Shown here in pieces: positions 8,154 through 18,831 of a stretch of DNA of 64,000 nucleotides. The translations under genes were made by a program, and so were the position numbers. Source of the stretch: Gammaproteobacteria bacterium (lineage in GTDB: Bacteria > Pseudomonadota > Gammaproteobacteria > Eutrophobiales > Eutrophobiaceae). Positions within the stretch are counted from its first letter, which is position 1, and the number at the start of each line of letters is the position of its first letter. The notes beneath the pieces were generated by a model. It did not search any database. It saw only the letters and a program-made list of their open reading frames with translations, and was not told the DNA's origin. The stretch spans positions 1,312,001-1,376,000 of the forward strand of contig OZ244905.1 in the NCBI GenBank assembly GCA_965221695.1, given 5' to 3'.

Positions 8154-9884
8154 CTACAGTTTCAGTACTACTTTGCCGGTTGCAGGTTTGGCGCTGCAGA
8201 GTAAAACCTGATTCTCTTCAGGCTGATGAGTTAAACTGAAATCATAATGCACTTTTCCTTCTTCCAGAGCAGCACTGCAACTCTGGCATACACCCATACG
8301 ACATGCATTATCGGGAGACAAACCTGCGGATTCGGCAAGTTCCAGCAGTGTCAGATCTCCTTCAGCCGTCCATTGAACAGTTTTCCCCGCATCTGAAAAA
8401 ACAACGCTAGCGCTATCGATTTGTCCGTGCTGATGGCTGCCACTACTTGCCAGAAACGATTCTTGAAAAATGCGATCAGGGTTAGCCCCGGCGCCGGTTA
8501 ACTCAGTATACAATTTATCCTGAAATACCGGTGGCCCGCACATATAGATATCGATATCGGCCAAAGGCATGTCGATACGTTTGCCCCCATGGAGAATATG
8601 GCAACCTTCGATAAATTTCTGAATATGCTCCAGGGATAGATAACCTTCCAACTGGTAGTCTTTGCCCTTTACATCCTCTGCTGTGGGTTGGTCATAAACA
8701 TGCAGCATGGGGATATTATGTTCCTTCGATATCTGGTCCAGTTCAGCACGAAAAGCCTGTGCGGCCCGGTTCCGGCAGCAATGAATAAAATATACAGGCG
8801 GGGCATTTTCCCCCCGCGCCAGGTGGGACTTGAGCATGGACAATAAAGGTGTGATCCCAACCCCGCCGGCTATCAGCAGTATCGGTTTGAAACTACTGCG
8901 ATCCAGTACGAAACGACCCAAGGGTGGGCAGATAGATAAATGCCCACCTGCTTTGATATGCTTGTGCATAAACCCGGAACCCAGACCTTGCGGTTCTTTT
9001 TTGATACTTAAACGATAGCGATCCGGTTCATCCTGGTAATCCGACAGACTCCAGACCCTGAGCAGCGGTGACTCCGTATCAACGGGGACCTGAACAGTGA
9101 GAAATTGACCTGCTCGAAACCCGGCCAACGGCTGATTATCCTGCGGCTTCAAGATAAAGGATTTTATCTCCTCTGTTTCGTCAATGACCTCGGCGACCTT
9201 GAATTCACGCCAACCCTGCCAACGACCAAATCGGGTGCGGTCCTGGTCCAGCACCTGGTAAAGTTTGTTACGCAAGAGCAGTGCGGCAGTTTCGCTCAGA
9301 CCCGGGAGGGCAAGAACATGTCGTAACCTGACTTCATCAATGTCATTACCAAAGATATATTGGGCAATTTCATTGATCGCAATACTGTCTGTGGCTTTGC
9401 CGGTAATCTTCACTTCATCCCCGGCCTGGATCATCCCCGGCCTTTCCACATTGAAATACACCCCGCTTTTTCCGGAAACGGCGAATTCCCGGATAAAGCT
9501 GGTCGGCTGGCCTATACGCCAACACAATTTGAAACAGGGCACCCGCGGACCGGATACTTTCAGTTGCACTTGTTCACCGATGGAAAGTACATCACCAACC
9601 TGAAACTGCGCCTCATCCAGCCCGGCAATGGACAGGTTTTCTGCGAAAAAACCCGGCGGCCAGCCTTCAGGGTTCGCATCCAGCCGATCCGCCCAGAACT
9701 GATAATGTTCCGGTGCAATGGCATACACCGCATCCGTATGCACCGCTACTTCATTGCCTTCAATGCCGTGCTCGTTTATTCGTACCGAACCCGTCATCGG
9801 GGTTTTCAGGTAGGCAGTCTTTACTGATTGACCATGGATATCCAGTTCCTGTGTCTTACCAATACAGACATTAATCAGTTTCAT
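8154..9884 (-). CDS. MOSC (YiiM-like) + FAD/NAD-binding reductase + 2Fe-2S ferredoxin fusion
   Basis: FAENL...GPRVPCFKL (MOSC Cys); RVWSLS, GGVGITP, CGPP; CRMGVCQSC...C. Confidence 0.88.
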   Translation of the reverse strand: MKLINVCIGKTQELDIHGQSVKTAYLKTPMTGSVRINEHGIEGNEVAVHTDAVYAIAPEHYQFWADRLDANPEGWPPGFFAENLSIAGLDEAQFQVGDVLSIGEQVQLKVSGPRVPCFKLCWRIGQPTSFIREFAVSGKSGVYFNVERPGMIQAGDEVKITGKATDSIAINEIAQYIFGNDIDEVRLRHVLALPGLSETAALLLRNKLYQVLDQDRTRFGRWQGWREFKVAEVIDETEEIKSFILKPQDNQPLAGFRAGQFLTVQVPVDTESPLLRVWSLSDYQDEPDRYRLSIKKEPQGLGSGFMHKHIKAGGHLSICPPLGRFVLDRSSFKPILLIAGGVGITPLLSMLKSHLARGENAPPVYFIHCCRNRAAQAFRAELDQISKEHNIPMLHVYDQPTAEDVKGKDYQLEGYLSLEHIQKFIEGCHILHGGKRIDMPLADIDIYMCGPPVFQDKLYTELTGAGANPDRIFQESFLASSGSHQHGQIDSASVVFSDAGKTVQWTAEGDLTLLELAESAGLSPDNACRMGVCQSCSAALEEGKVHYDFSLTHQPEENQVLLCSAKPATGKVVLKL

Positions 9885-10029
9885 CGTCGTCACAAATATT
9901 ATGAGGAATACTCTCTTGATAAATTATGCGAGCAATACACTATCCGCGATTGGAAATGGTAGCGGGGCATGGCCATTACTGGTGACCATGCCCTTGACCA
10001 TAACACTTATTCGCCGGAATCCTCCCGCG

Positions 10030-12225
10030 TTATTCGAAAGTATAACGAACGCTGACTCCCCAGGTCAGGGGCGGGATATAGTTTGCTTCAAGCGTGCTCA
10101 AACCGGCTACCGCTTGCGCCTCACTCAACATGAAAGGAGTGGAGTCATTCAAATAATTGTATGCGCGTTCATCCGTCAGGTTCTTGCCCCACAAGGTAAA
10201 CGCCCAATTGGATTGCAATTCCCAGGTGATACTGGCATTGACGATACTATCCAGGCCGTTAACAATTCCTGGTTCATTGGCCGGGTCCTGGAAATACTCA
10301 TCCTTGTGCTGTATATCAAACCGCATCCTCAATGCTCCCTTGTCGCCAAGCTGTTGCCTGTATGCCATCCCTGTCGAAAAGGCATGTGGAGGCGCAACCA
10401 TTTCGTTACCCGGAAAGAGTTCATCCGAGGTATATTCTCCATCAAAATAATTATAGTTGAACCATGCAGTCAACCTCTCTGTAATGGCTGCATTGAGTTC
10501 AACATCCACGCCTTCAGCTTCCGCTTTACCGGCGTTGGTCTGCAAAAAAGTTGTGCCGACAAGTTGTGATACCTGCAGATCCGTGTAATCCACCATGTAG
10601 CCTGTTATGTTGGCGGTCATGCGATTGTCGAACCAACTGGAACGCACGCCGATTTCATAGTTTTTTGCGGTTTCAGGATTAAGGGGTACGGTATGGGCAT
10701 CGGCAGTCGGAAGACCGAATTGGATAAAACCACCGCTCTTAAAGCCCTCTGAATACGTCGCATAGAACATGATGTCTTCGTTAAGGTCGAAGTCAAGGGT
10801 CACGCGTGAGGTGTACTCGGACCAGGACTCGGATACCGGCAGGCTGAAGGCCTCGCCTGTGGTAAAAATAAAGCTGGTGCCCGCATGGGAAACCACGCCA
10901 TCCTTTTTGTCGTGAGTATAGCGTCCACCTACCGTCAGGCGCAGGTTATCCAGTATGGAAAAAGTTCCCTGGAAAAAACCCGAAATACTGTCGGTTTCAT
11001 TGGTCAGGGTGGTGTCGATGAAATCAGGCTCCGCCGCCCCCTGAAAAAGATCGCCAAGAATCGTTCCCTCGGCAAAATCAGTTACGAAGTTACGATCACG
11101 GGTGTGATCAATGTAGAGATAGTACATGCCGACAACCCAGTCCAAGCGCCCTTTCATCGCATCATCGCCGCTAATCCTGAGTTCCTGGGTAAACTGTTCC
11201 AGGTCGAACTCCTGGCTTTCTACGAGAAGGTCAGACAGCGGCGAACCGAAAACATCAGTTGCGGGCAGTTTTCCTTCGTCCTCGTAGTATGCTGATATGG
11301 ACTTGATTTGAGCAAAGCCCATATTCCAGTCCACAACCATCGAGGCGCCCCAGGAGGTACGGTCCACGCCGCCGTCATTGGGTTGGTTCGTGGTATCGGG
11401 ATCATCTTCCGGCATAAAGTCTCCAAACTCGGCAGAGGCGGGAACCGGCCCGATGTAATCCCGATGCTGGCCGAAACCCGTATCACGCATCAAATCGGCC
11501 TGTAACAGAACCTCAAGTTCATCATTGGGAACGAAACGCAACTGGGCCTTGCCGCTTTGTTTGTCTATGCTGTCAACGTGATTTCCCGTCGCCTGGTTAA
11601 ACGTGTAGCCATCGCGGGTCTTGCTGGAAAAGGCAATAGAACCGTAGACGCCGCTGTCTTCCATTAACGGACCGCTGATAACCCCTTTTACGTCGATCAG
11701 ATCAAAGCGGCCCGAACCTGCCTCGAGAACAATCCGGGTCTCCTCGGTAGGTTTTTTAGTGACCACGTTTATCAGTCCGCCCACTACATTACGCCCAAAC
11801 AATGTCCCCTGCGGTCCACGCAGAACTTCAATGCGCTCCACATCGAACAAGGCCAGGTCCCAATCCGTTACACGCCCTTTGTAAACATCATCAACAAACA
11901 TGGCTACCGGCTGATCAAGTCCCGGCCCATCTTCACCGGACTGTGCGCCGCGCAGCGTCGGCAATGCCTGTACTCGCGTAAATGGCGCAAGATGTAAATT
12001 AGGAATATGGCCGACCAGGTCGGTCGTTCCATCGATCCTCGCTTCGTTGATATAGGTCTCGCTGAATGCCGTCACAGCCACAGGCACATCCTGCAATGAC
12101 TGTTCGCGCTTTTCTGCGGTCACAATTATTTCTTCAATTTGTATTTGTCCATATACGGCCTGAAGATGAAATACTGCAAACAAAATCCACATGAGGTTAC
12201 CGGTAATACTATGCTTAAGTTTCAT
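10030..12225 (-). CDS. TonB-dependent receptor
   Basis: EEIIVTAEKRE, RIEVLRGPQGTLFGRN; start moved to ATG 12225 after a GAGGAG RBS. Confidence 0.92.
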   Translation of the reverse strand: MKLKHSITGNLMWILFAVFHLQAVYGQIQIEEIIVTAEKREQSLQDVPVAVTAFSETYINEARIDGTTDLVGHIPNLHLAPFTRVQALPTLRGAQSGEDGPGLDQPVAMFVDDVYKGRVTDWDLALFDVERIEVLRGPQGTLFGRNVVGGLINVVTKKPTEETRIVLEAGSGRFDLIDVKGVISGPLMEDSGVYGSIAFSSKTRDGYTFNQATGNHVDSIDKQSGKAQLRFVPNDELEVLLQADLMRDTGFGQHRDYIGPVPASAEFGDFMPEDDPDTTNQPNDGGVDRTSWGASMVVDWNMGFAQIKSISAYYEDEGKLPATDVFGSPLSDLLVESQEFDLEQFTQELRISGDDAMKGRLDWVVGMYYLYIDHTRDRNFVTDFAEGTILGDLFQGAAEPDFIDTTLTNETDSISGFFQGTFSILDNLRLTVGGRYTHDKKDGVVSHAGTSFIFTTGEAFSLPVSESWSEYTSRVTLDFDLNEDIMFYATYSEGFKSGGFIQFGLPTADAHTVPLNPETAKNYEIGVRSSWFDNRMTANITGYMVDYTDLQVSQLVGTTFLQTNAGKAEAEGVDVELNAAITERLTAWFNYNYFDGEYTSDELFPGNEMVAPPHAFSTGMAYRQQLGDKGALRMRFDIQHKDEYFQDPANEPGIVNGLDSIVNASITWELQSNWAFTLWGKNLTDERAYNYLNDSTPFMLSEAQAVAGLSTLEANYIPPLTWGVSVRYTFE

Positions 12226-12284
12226 TTCTCTCTCCTCGTTATATACCAACATTTTTACTGATAATTCGACTTTTCTGTTGCCAT

Positions 12285-13415
12285 TCATATATCGTCATGA
12301 ATGTGTTCAATTCTTTGGAATGCTTCCTCGATGCCAAAGCATTCCGGCCCGAAAACGTCCAACGCCTTTTGGGATCGCATGATGGGCGCAGCGCTGGCGC
12401 CTATAACTTTTACCCGCTGCCCAAATTTCAGTGTTTCAACGGTAATGGGTTGCGCGGTCTCCCGATCTACGATACTGATCAGGTCAGGAACAATAGCCAG
12501 CGTTTGGCCGTTGCGTTTTGCCAGCAAATTTTCATTTTGAAATTGGATATGCACACGATCATTCGCATCATCCATATCGCTTATCTCACAATGCCCCATT
12601 GCAAAGCCTTTGGTGATTACCCTTCTGATATCCGTGATTTTTCCATCGAACAAAACCTTACTGTGTTTGTAGTAATCGGTACTGCGCAGGTAAGCCAGCA
12701 AAGATTCGATTGGATTGCCGCAATCCTGACCTGAATGGATTGCCCTGCCGATATTCAGGGCCAGCGTCAAGGTTCCTCTGACGCTATAGGCTTTCACCTG
12801 CTTACCCGTCATTGGATATCCACTGAATAAGACGCTTAATCCCATTTGAATGGCCGCCACCCGGATGATGTCCTCAGCACGTTTGGGATCAGCGGTTTCC
12901 ACCATTACAGTTTCCAGGTGTTCGTTGACAATGACAGCCGGCGTCGCCGAGACACCGTGCACATTAAAGGTCACCATTTGGATTTCCGGAAAGGCCCGGC
13001 CCATACCATCACAGTCCACCAGGGGTAAACCGAGACGCGCTGCGGCAACTATGGGCAACATGGAATTGATACCGCCGATCTCTATTGGAGAAATAGCATC
13101 AGCTTTTTTGCCGATGATCTCGGCAAGCCGTCTGATAGAGAGATCGATATCCTCACCGGCGGTTCCTTTTTCCAGCATAACGGTGGGCGCACCCACCATG
13201 GCTGCGGTAAAGACAGCGGCATCATCGTCCAGTTCGTCGGCATCAATGATTTCCGGCATACCGAATTCCCGTATCGCATGCTCAGCCATCAATCTGCCGA
13301 TATAGGGATCGCCACCACCCCCAGTACCCAGAAAGGCTGCACCCTGAGCAAGGTCTTTTATATCTTCTACGCCAAGAGATAATGGGTCGGCATTTTTCAT
13401 TTGTACATTCAGCAT
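12285..13415 (-). CDS. DUF917 protein (S-methyl thiohydantoin desulfurase-like family)
   Basis: GAAFLGTGGGGDP, EIGGINS, DGMGRAFPE, FQNENL, VPDLIS. Confidence 0.88.
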   Translation of the reverse strand: MLNVQMKNADPLSLGVEDIKDLAQGAAFLGTGGGGDPYIGRLMAEHAIREFGMPEIIDADELDDDAAVFTAAMVGAPTVMLEKGTAGEDIDLSIRRLAEIIGKKADAISPIEIGGINSMLPIVAAARLGLPLVDCDGMGRAFPEIQMVTFNVHGVSATPAVIVNEHLETVMVETADPKRAEDIIRVAAIQMGLSVLFSGYPMTGKQVKAYSVRGTLTLALNIGRAIHSGQDCGNPIESLLAYLRSTDYYKHSKVLFDGKITDIRRVITKGFAMGHCEISDMDDANDRVHIQFQNENLLAKRNGQTLAIVPDLISIVDRETAQPITVETLKFGQRVKVIGASAAPIMRSQKALDVFGPECFGIEEAFQRIEHIHDDI

Positions 13416-14953
13416 ACGGCCAACTCTCCGGCTGATTTAACGCGCAAGCGTACCGCGTTGCCTGGAATATAAGATAAAGGCACCTCTTCAAAGTCGAGCA
13501 TCTCTACGCTATCTTCCAGAGCGCCAGCCTCAACCGCAGCCAATACCGCCTGCTGCTTTGCATCGGCAATGGCGGCATCGCGGCTCATTTGTTCATAGGA
13601 ATAAACTTTGTCCACTTCACCGCCTACCTGAGCGATAGAAGCGCCTATGGCATTGGCAACGCCGGCATGTTCAGGAATAATCACTTCAGAGGTTCCTGCG
13701 ATATCGCGATTGACCAGGATGGCGCCACCACCCACCAGGATCAGCGGTAACGGCTTCGCGCTGGTCTTGATTCGGTCCACACCATCTTCAAGTATGGAAT
13801 GGATCTTCGTCACGGCCGCGTCAATCAGGGTCTCCGGCAAATTATTCACGTAATCCCGCTTGCCGATATCCGCATACCCGGCCGCGACGGCGATATCGGT
13901 AGTTGTGAGCGTATTGCCACCGAATACCCGAGCCACTTTGGTGAGCCGATAACCGACGGAACGCGGCCCGACACTCATGGGTTCACCTTCTGTTACCAGG
14001 CTGCCACCGCCAAGGCCGATAGCCAGAATGTCAGGCATGCGAAAATTCGTCCGCACACCACCGACATCAACAGTCACGGAGGATTCTCGCGGAAAACCCT
14101 TGACCAGCATCCCGATGTCTGTCGTCGTGCCACCGATGTCTGCTACCAGGGCATGTTTCATCCCGGATAAATAAGCGGCGCCGCGCAAACTGTTGGTAGG
14201 GCCGGAAGCAAAGGTAAGCACCGGGTATTTCTCAGCAAACCCGGCGCTCATCAATGTGCCGTCATTCTGGCTGATATAAAACGATGCCCGGATTTGTAAT
14301 TCAGCCAATGCTGCTCTAAAAGAAGAAATTACCTTTGTGGAGAGATCCGTCAGGCTGGCATTCATGATGGCGGCATTTTCCCGCTCCAATAAACTAATCC
14401 GGCCAATGCGAGAAGATAAAGTGATCGATACCTCCGGTATTTCCTCACGCACTATCTCCGCTGCCCGCTCTTCCATATCGGCATTCACTGGAGAAAACAC
14501 ACCACTGATGGCGACGCTGCGTATACCTTCTCGTCTAAGCTCTCGCGCGGCTGAGGCAACAGCCTGTTCATCCAGTGGAGAAATTGGACGGCCATCGAAT
14601 TCATAACCACCCTTGACCAGATAACGATGATTGCCGATGGTGCCGGCTAAATCGGCCGGCCAATCTATCATTGGGGGCAAACCACGGGTCGCGGGTAAGG
14701 CGAGGCGTATCACACCAACAGGCAACAGGCTCCGTCGCTCGACAAAGGCATTGGTAAACTGGGTCGTGCCGATCATGACGGTATCAATTTCTCCGGCCGG
14801 AATGCCGGCGCCTTCCATCACATGACTGATTGCGCTCACAATTCCACCGCTGATGTCGGCGCTGGTAGGGGCTTTATAGCTCGCTTTTACCACGCGATCA
14901 TCCATCAACACCGCATCGGTATTGGTTCCCCCTACATCAACGCCAATTCTCAC
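13409..14953 (-). CDS. hydantoinase/oxoprolinase A-family protein
   Basis: RIGVDVGGTNTDA, SGPTNSLRGA, DIGGTTTD; GTG start at 14953. Confidence 0.9.
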   Translation of the reverse strand: MRIGVDVGGTNTDAVLMDDRVVKASYKAPTSADISGGIVSAISHVMEGAGIPAGEIDTVMIGTTQFTNAFVERRSLLPVGVIRLALPATRGLPPMIDWPADLAGTIGNHRYLVKGGYEFDGRPISPLDEQAVASAARELRREGIRSVAISGVFSPVNADMEERAAEIVREEIPEVSITLSSRIGRISLLERENAAIMNASLTDLSTKVISSFRAALAELQIRASFYISQNDGTLMSAGFAEKYPVLTFASGPTNSLRGAAYLSGMKHALVADIGGTTTDIGMLVKGFPRESSVTVDVGGVRTNFRMPDILAIGLGGGSLVTEGEPMSVGPRSVGYRLTKVARVFGGNTLTTTDIAVAAGYADIGKRDYVNNLPETLIDAAVTKIHSILEDGVDRIKTSAKPLPLILVGGGAILVNRDIAGTSEVIIPEHAGVANAIGASIAQVGGEVDKVYSYEQMSRDAAIADAKQQAVLAAVEAGALEDSVEMLDFEEVPLSYIPGNAVRLRVKSAGELAVC

Positions 14954-15072
14954 TGTCAATTGCCCCCACAACAATAATAATTTCCATTACCGCTATACTA
15001 GTCATAACTCGTTCTTAATCAATGAGATAGATGTGTGGTTTCGATATTTTTTTCAGTAGTGCAAAAAATTAC

Positions 15073-15107
15073 AAATGGGTAGGTAATTTGCATAAACGGG
15101 TAGGTTA
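15073..15107. promoter_or_regulatory. direct repeats 21 bp apart, putative sites for the MalT-like activator
   Basis: AAATGGGTAGGTAA (15073) and AAACGGGTAGGTTA (15094). Confidence 0.55.
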
Positions 15108-15178
15108 AACTACAATTTTGAATGAGCTAACAAGAGCGTTGTATCCAACTTATTGTTGTAACAAACGGCAAGCTAGCA

Positions 15179-17926
15179 GTGAGAATCCAGGACAACTACC
15201 GGATTGCAAATGATAGAGGTCGCTTGCTCCTGAACAGGATGCAGCCACTTCGCCGCAAGGCTGCATCAATACAACGGTTGAGTTTACTTAAACGACTCGA
15301 ACTGCAGAAAGACACTCACCTCAGCATTATCCATGCTCCGGCGGGTTACGGAAAAACTGCCCTGCTTGCACAATACTTTGAGCTACTGCAGACACAGGAC
15401 CAGCATTGTGGCTGGCTTACCTTGGACAGCAGCGACAATGATCCGGTGCAATTACTGGCATATCTTATTGCCTCACTGCACGCAACGACACTTATCCCCA
15501 AAGATATATTGCATGCAGCATTCAATGGTTTTCACGGACTTGAGGAAAACGAAACCTTTAATCTTATCGTCAATAGCCTTTCAGGGTTCCAGACACCCGT
15601 TTATATTTTACTTGATGACTACCACCTTCTCGAGGCTGGTCCCAGCCAACAACGGATACAGAAATTAATTGAATTAACGCTCGAAAATACGCATTTCATT
15701 ATAGCCAGCAGGGAAGTTCCTACCGCTTTAAAAGGGCGCTTGCAGATATCCGGTTCCTATTTTGAATTAACGGCCGGCGACCTGGCATTAACAGAATCAG
15801 AAACAATCGAGTTGCTGGGATTATCCGAACAACTAAACATCACTGATGAACTAATCAGTTTGTTACACGAAAAAACAGAAGGCTGGGCCGCTGCGATTGA
15901 GTTCGCCAGGAACTGGTTAAACAAGAATACCGAAATAGATGTTAACAGCTTTATTAATCAATCAACGGATTTCTCGACTTTTGTCATGACCGAGATTTTC
16001 AATCAACTTCCGGTAGATTTACAACGTGTGATGGTAGCTACATCCATAGTCAGCCAGATTGATGGAGATATCATTAATGTTGTTTGTGCACGAAACGATG
16101 GCTGGCAAGTAGTGGAGAAACTTTTTCAGTACGACCTGATCATTCCCCTTGATGGCGCAAGCGCCCCATACCGATATCATCATTTGCTGACTGTATTTCT
16201 TCAAAACCGGTTTCGTAACAAGAATGATAATGATCAAAGTGAATTGCACAAACTCACATCGGAATGGTACCTGAGGACTGATAACCATGCTGAGTCAATA
16301 AGACATGCCATTGCCTGTAATGATCCGGAACATCTTGCATCAGTAACCGAACGGTCCGGTGGTTGGCGCTTCGTTTTGGATGGAAGGATTTCGACCTTGA
16401 AATCCATACTTGACCTTCTGCCACTGGAAACAATTCAAAACTTTCCCAGAACCTACTTGGGCTATATCATGCTGGTTGCGAAACATGGAAACGTTCACGA
16501 AGCGTCAGTTGAGTTTACTGACTTGCGCGACAGGACACAGGGTTTTACTGTCTTAAATGGAACCCCCTTGCCTTCTTTTTTTGCCGTTGAAGCCAATGTG
16601 GTTGAATTCTTCCTTGGTGGAATAGGAGACAGACCGCAAACTCAGCAGTATATCGCCAGAATGGAATCTGCTCTTAAAGGGATTGACAAAAAAGACCATC
16701 TTCTACAAGCCAACTTATTGAACTACCTCAGCTATGGTTACTTCGATTATGGGAGTTTTGAGAAAGCATTTAATGCCGGTGAAGGCGCAATTTTTCACTA
16801 TAAGGAATTACGTTCGATTTATGGTGAAAACTTTCTCTATTTCCACTTGGGGAAAATATGTCTTGCCCAGGGTCGTCTGCGTGATGCGGAACAAATTTAC
16901 GATGAAGGGTATAAGCTGGCTGTCAATAATTTCGGGATTGACAGCGACATGGCTGCTATTGCCGCTGCGCATCTGGCAGAAATTGCATACGAAAAAAGTG
17001 AGTTTGAGCAGGCACAAACCTACCTGAGCGTTGCCTTCCCAAGAATTGAGCAATCAGAAGCCTGGTTCGACGTATATATTTCTGCCTATTTAACGGCCGC
17101 GAATATCGCCCGTATCCGGAAAGGTGCAGGCGCCGCAATGAAAGTTTTGGTTGATGGCTTCCGCACCGGCAAGCGTCGCAAGATTCACCGGCTACGCGTA
17201 TTCACGATTTGTCAGCAGACTCGTATTTTTGTCCGCGAAGGCCGCTTACAAAGGGCGGGCTGGCTTATTAATCGTTTACAATTTGAATCATTGATAAATC
17301 CAACCACCGGGAATAATTTCGTCAGTCATCGAATTGTTGAAGAAATTGGTTTGACTACTGCCTATTACTATATGCAAAGTGAACGCCCGCTCGATGCAAT
17401 CAAGGTAATCAATTCCTTGCTCACAACAGCGAAACGTAATAACTGTCGCCGAAGTTTAATTTCATTGTTTATCCTGCTGAGTCTGGCTTATTTCAAACTT
17501 GGAAAACTAAAGCCGGCGCTGGCCAGGTTGAATGATGCAGTATCGCATGCGGTGTTTGAGGGATTCAAAAGACCATTCCTGGTCTACGGTGAAGACCAGC
17601 GCATCATGCTGGAATTGGCGCTTTCCGACAATCAGTTGTTTCCTGATAACCGATTAAAGCGATCCTTCCTGGTCGAACTATTAAATATGATCGACCAGGA
17701 AACCCGATACCGTGAACGTCATTCACCAGGCGTGTTAACTTTCAGAGAAAGAGAGATTGTGAAATATATTTACGATGGCTATTCGAATAAGGAGATAGCT
17801 CGAAGTCGAAATTGTTCAGAGAATACCGTGAAATTTCACTTGAAAAACATTTTTTTGAAGTTTGGTGTAAAAAACAGAAAAGCGCTGGCGCGATTGGCTT
17901 GGGAGCACATTGAAGGGCAAAATTAA
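15179..17926 (+). CDS. MalT-like (STAND ATPase/LuxR) transcriptional regulator
   Basis: APAGYGKT Walker A, LLDDYH, TEGWAA, YRYHHL, C-terminal LuxR HTH (SNKEIA...ENTVKFHLKNIF). Confidence 0.92.
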   Translation: MRIQDNYRIANDRGRLLLNRMQPLRRKAASIQRLSLLKRLELQKDTHLSIIHAPAGYGKTALLAQYFELLQTQDQHCGWLTLDSSDNDPVQLLAYLIASLHATTLIPKDILHAAFNGFHGLEENETFNLIVNSLSGFQTPVYILLDDYHLLEAGPSQQRIQKLIELTLENTHFIIASREVPTALKGRLQISGSYFELTAGDLALTESETIELLGLSEQLNITDELISLLHEKTEGWAAAIEFARNWLNKNTEIDVNSFINQSTDFSTFVMTEIFNQLPVDLQRVMVATSIVSQIDGDIINVVCARNDGWQVVEKLFQYDLIIPLDGASAPYRYHHLLTVFLQNRFRNKNDNDQSELHKLTSEWYLRTDNHAESIRHAIACNDPEHLASVTERSGGWRFVLDGRISTLKSILDLLPLETIQNFPRTYLGYIMLVAKHGNVHEASVEFTDLRDRTQGFTVLNGTPLPSFFAVEANVVEFFLGGIGDRPQTQQYIARMESALKGIDKKDHLLQANLLNYLSYGYFDYGSFEKAFNAGEGAIFHYKELRSIYGENFLYFHLGKICLAQGRLRDAEQIYDEGYKLAVNNFGIDSDMAAIAAAHLAEIAYEKSEFEQAQTYLSVAFPRIEQSEAWFDVYISAYLTAANIARIRKGAGAAMKVLVDGFRTGKRRKIHRLRVFTICQQTRIFVREGRLQRAGWLINRLQFESLINPTTGNNFVSHRIVEEIGLTTAYYYMQSERPLDAIKVINSLLTTAKRNNCRRSLISLFILLSLAYFKLGKLKPALARLNDAVSHAVFEGFKRPFLVYGEDQRIMLELALSDNQLFPDNRLKRSFLVELLNMIDQETRYRERHSPGVLTFREREIVKYIYDGYSNKEIARSRNCSENTVKFHLKNIFLKFGVKNRKALARLAWEHIEGQN

Positions 17927-18747
17927 TTCCGTCTCTCATAAGTCCGGTAACAACTGTTGCAAAAATCAAGCGCCTTGCTGTTGAAATCCTCCGCAAACTC
18001 GTGGAAGGAGAGATGCGCCGGCATGTAGTAGGTTGTTGCATTCGGTTGATTTTCGCTGATCCACTGCCCGGCTGCCGTTCTCCAGTCTTCGCGCACTACC
18101 TGCATTATCGGTATCTCTTTGTCGGTGCGGCGGGCAACTTCGCGGTAGTCCAGGTTAAAGCTGGTCCTGATCAGGTCGCAGGCGACAGCTTCCGGTGTCC
18201 TGGCGGCTGCATGCAGCATGTCCCGGACAAAGTCCGGGTCGGGCTTCTCTACGTAGCAATGGTAGAGGTAATCCTCAAAGAATTTCAAATGACCCATTTC
18301 GGTCAGCATCTCCAGGCTGGCCGTGAGTTCATCCGCTTCTCCTTCCCCCCAATCCGCAGCGCTGTCCTTCCTGATCTTCGGCGGCTCGTCAATGCTGATA
18401 AACCCGCGCACACCGGCAGTGCCGAACTGTTCAAAATATGAATACGCGGTGCAGACGCCGAAGGACCAGCCGGCTATCACACAATCGTCGAGTTCAAGGC
18501 GGTTGATGAATTCATGCAGGTCGGCGCCGTGCTGCATGAAATCGTTACCCGTGGCGGTTACGCCGGAATCGCCGTGGCTGCGTTGGTCGTAAGCCAGCGC
18601 CCGGTACCGCCCGGCGAAGGCCGGCAAGTTCCTGGCGAAGACCTTTGTCGTATAGGTCCAGCCCGGTATGAAAATGACCGGTTTGCCGGCGCCGTGTTCT
18701 AAATAAGCGAGCGTTAATTCATCGGATATATCCAAGCGCTTTTTCAT
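17923..18747 (-). CDS. alpha/beta hydrolase
   Basis: FIPGW, DQRSHGDS, GWSFG nucleophile elbow, C-terminal His. Confidence 0.88.
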   Translation of the reverse strand: MKKRLDISDELTLAYLEHGAGKPVIFIPGWTYTTKVFARNLPAFAGRYRALAYDQRSHGDSGVTATGNDFMQHGADLHEFINRLELDDCVIAGWSFGVCTAYSYFEQFGTAGVRGFISIDEPPKIRKDSAADWGEGEADELTASLEMLTEMGHLKFFEDYLYHCYVEKPDPDFVRDMLHAAARTPEAVACDLIRTSFNLDYREVARRTDKEIPIMQVVREDWRTAAGQWISENQPNATTYYMPAHLSFHEFAEDFNSKALDFCNSCYRTYERRN

Positions 18748-18831
18748 AAGCCCGAAAATCTCACCAATTCGCTTGTTAGCATCGGATAGATGTTTGCTGT
18801 CATCGTATCAATTGGTGAGATATTCGGGCTA
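18748..18831 (-). mobile_element. F2 MITE-like element, internally deleted (84 bp)
   Basis: AGCCCGAAAATCTCACCAATT...AATTGGTGAGATATTCGGGCT inverted ends; interior matches 30186-30373. Confidence 0.85.
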
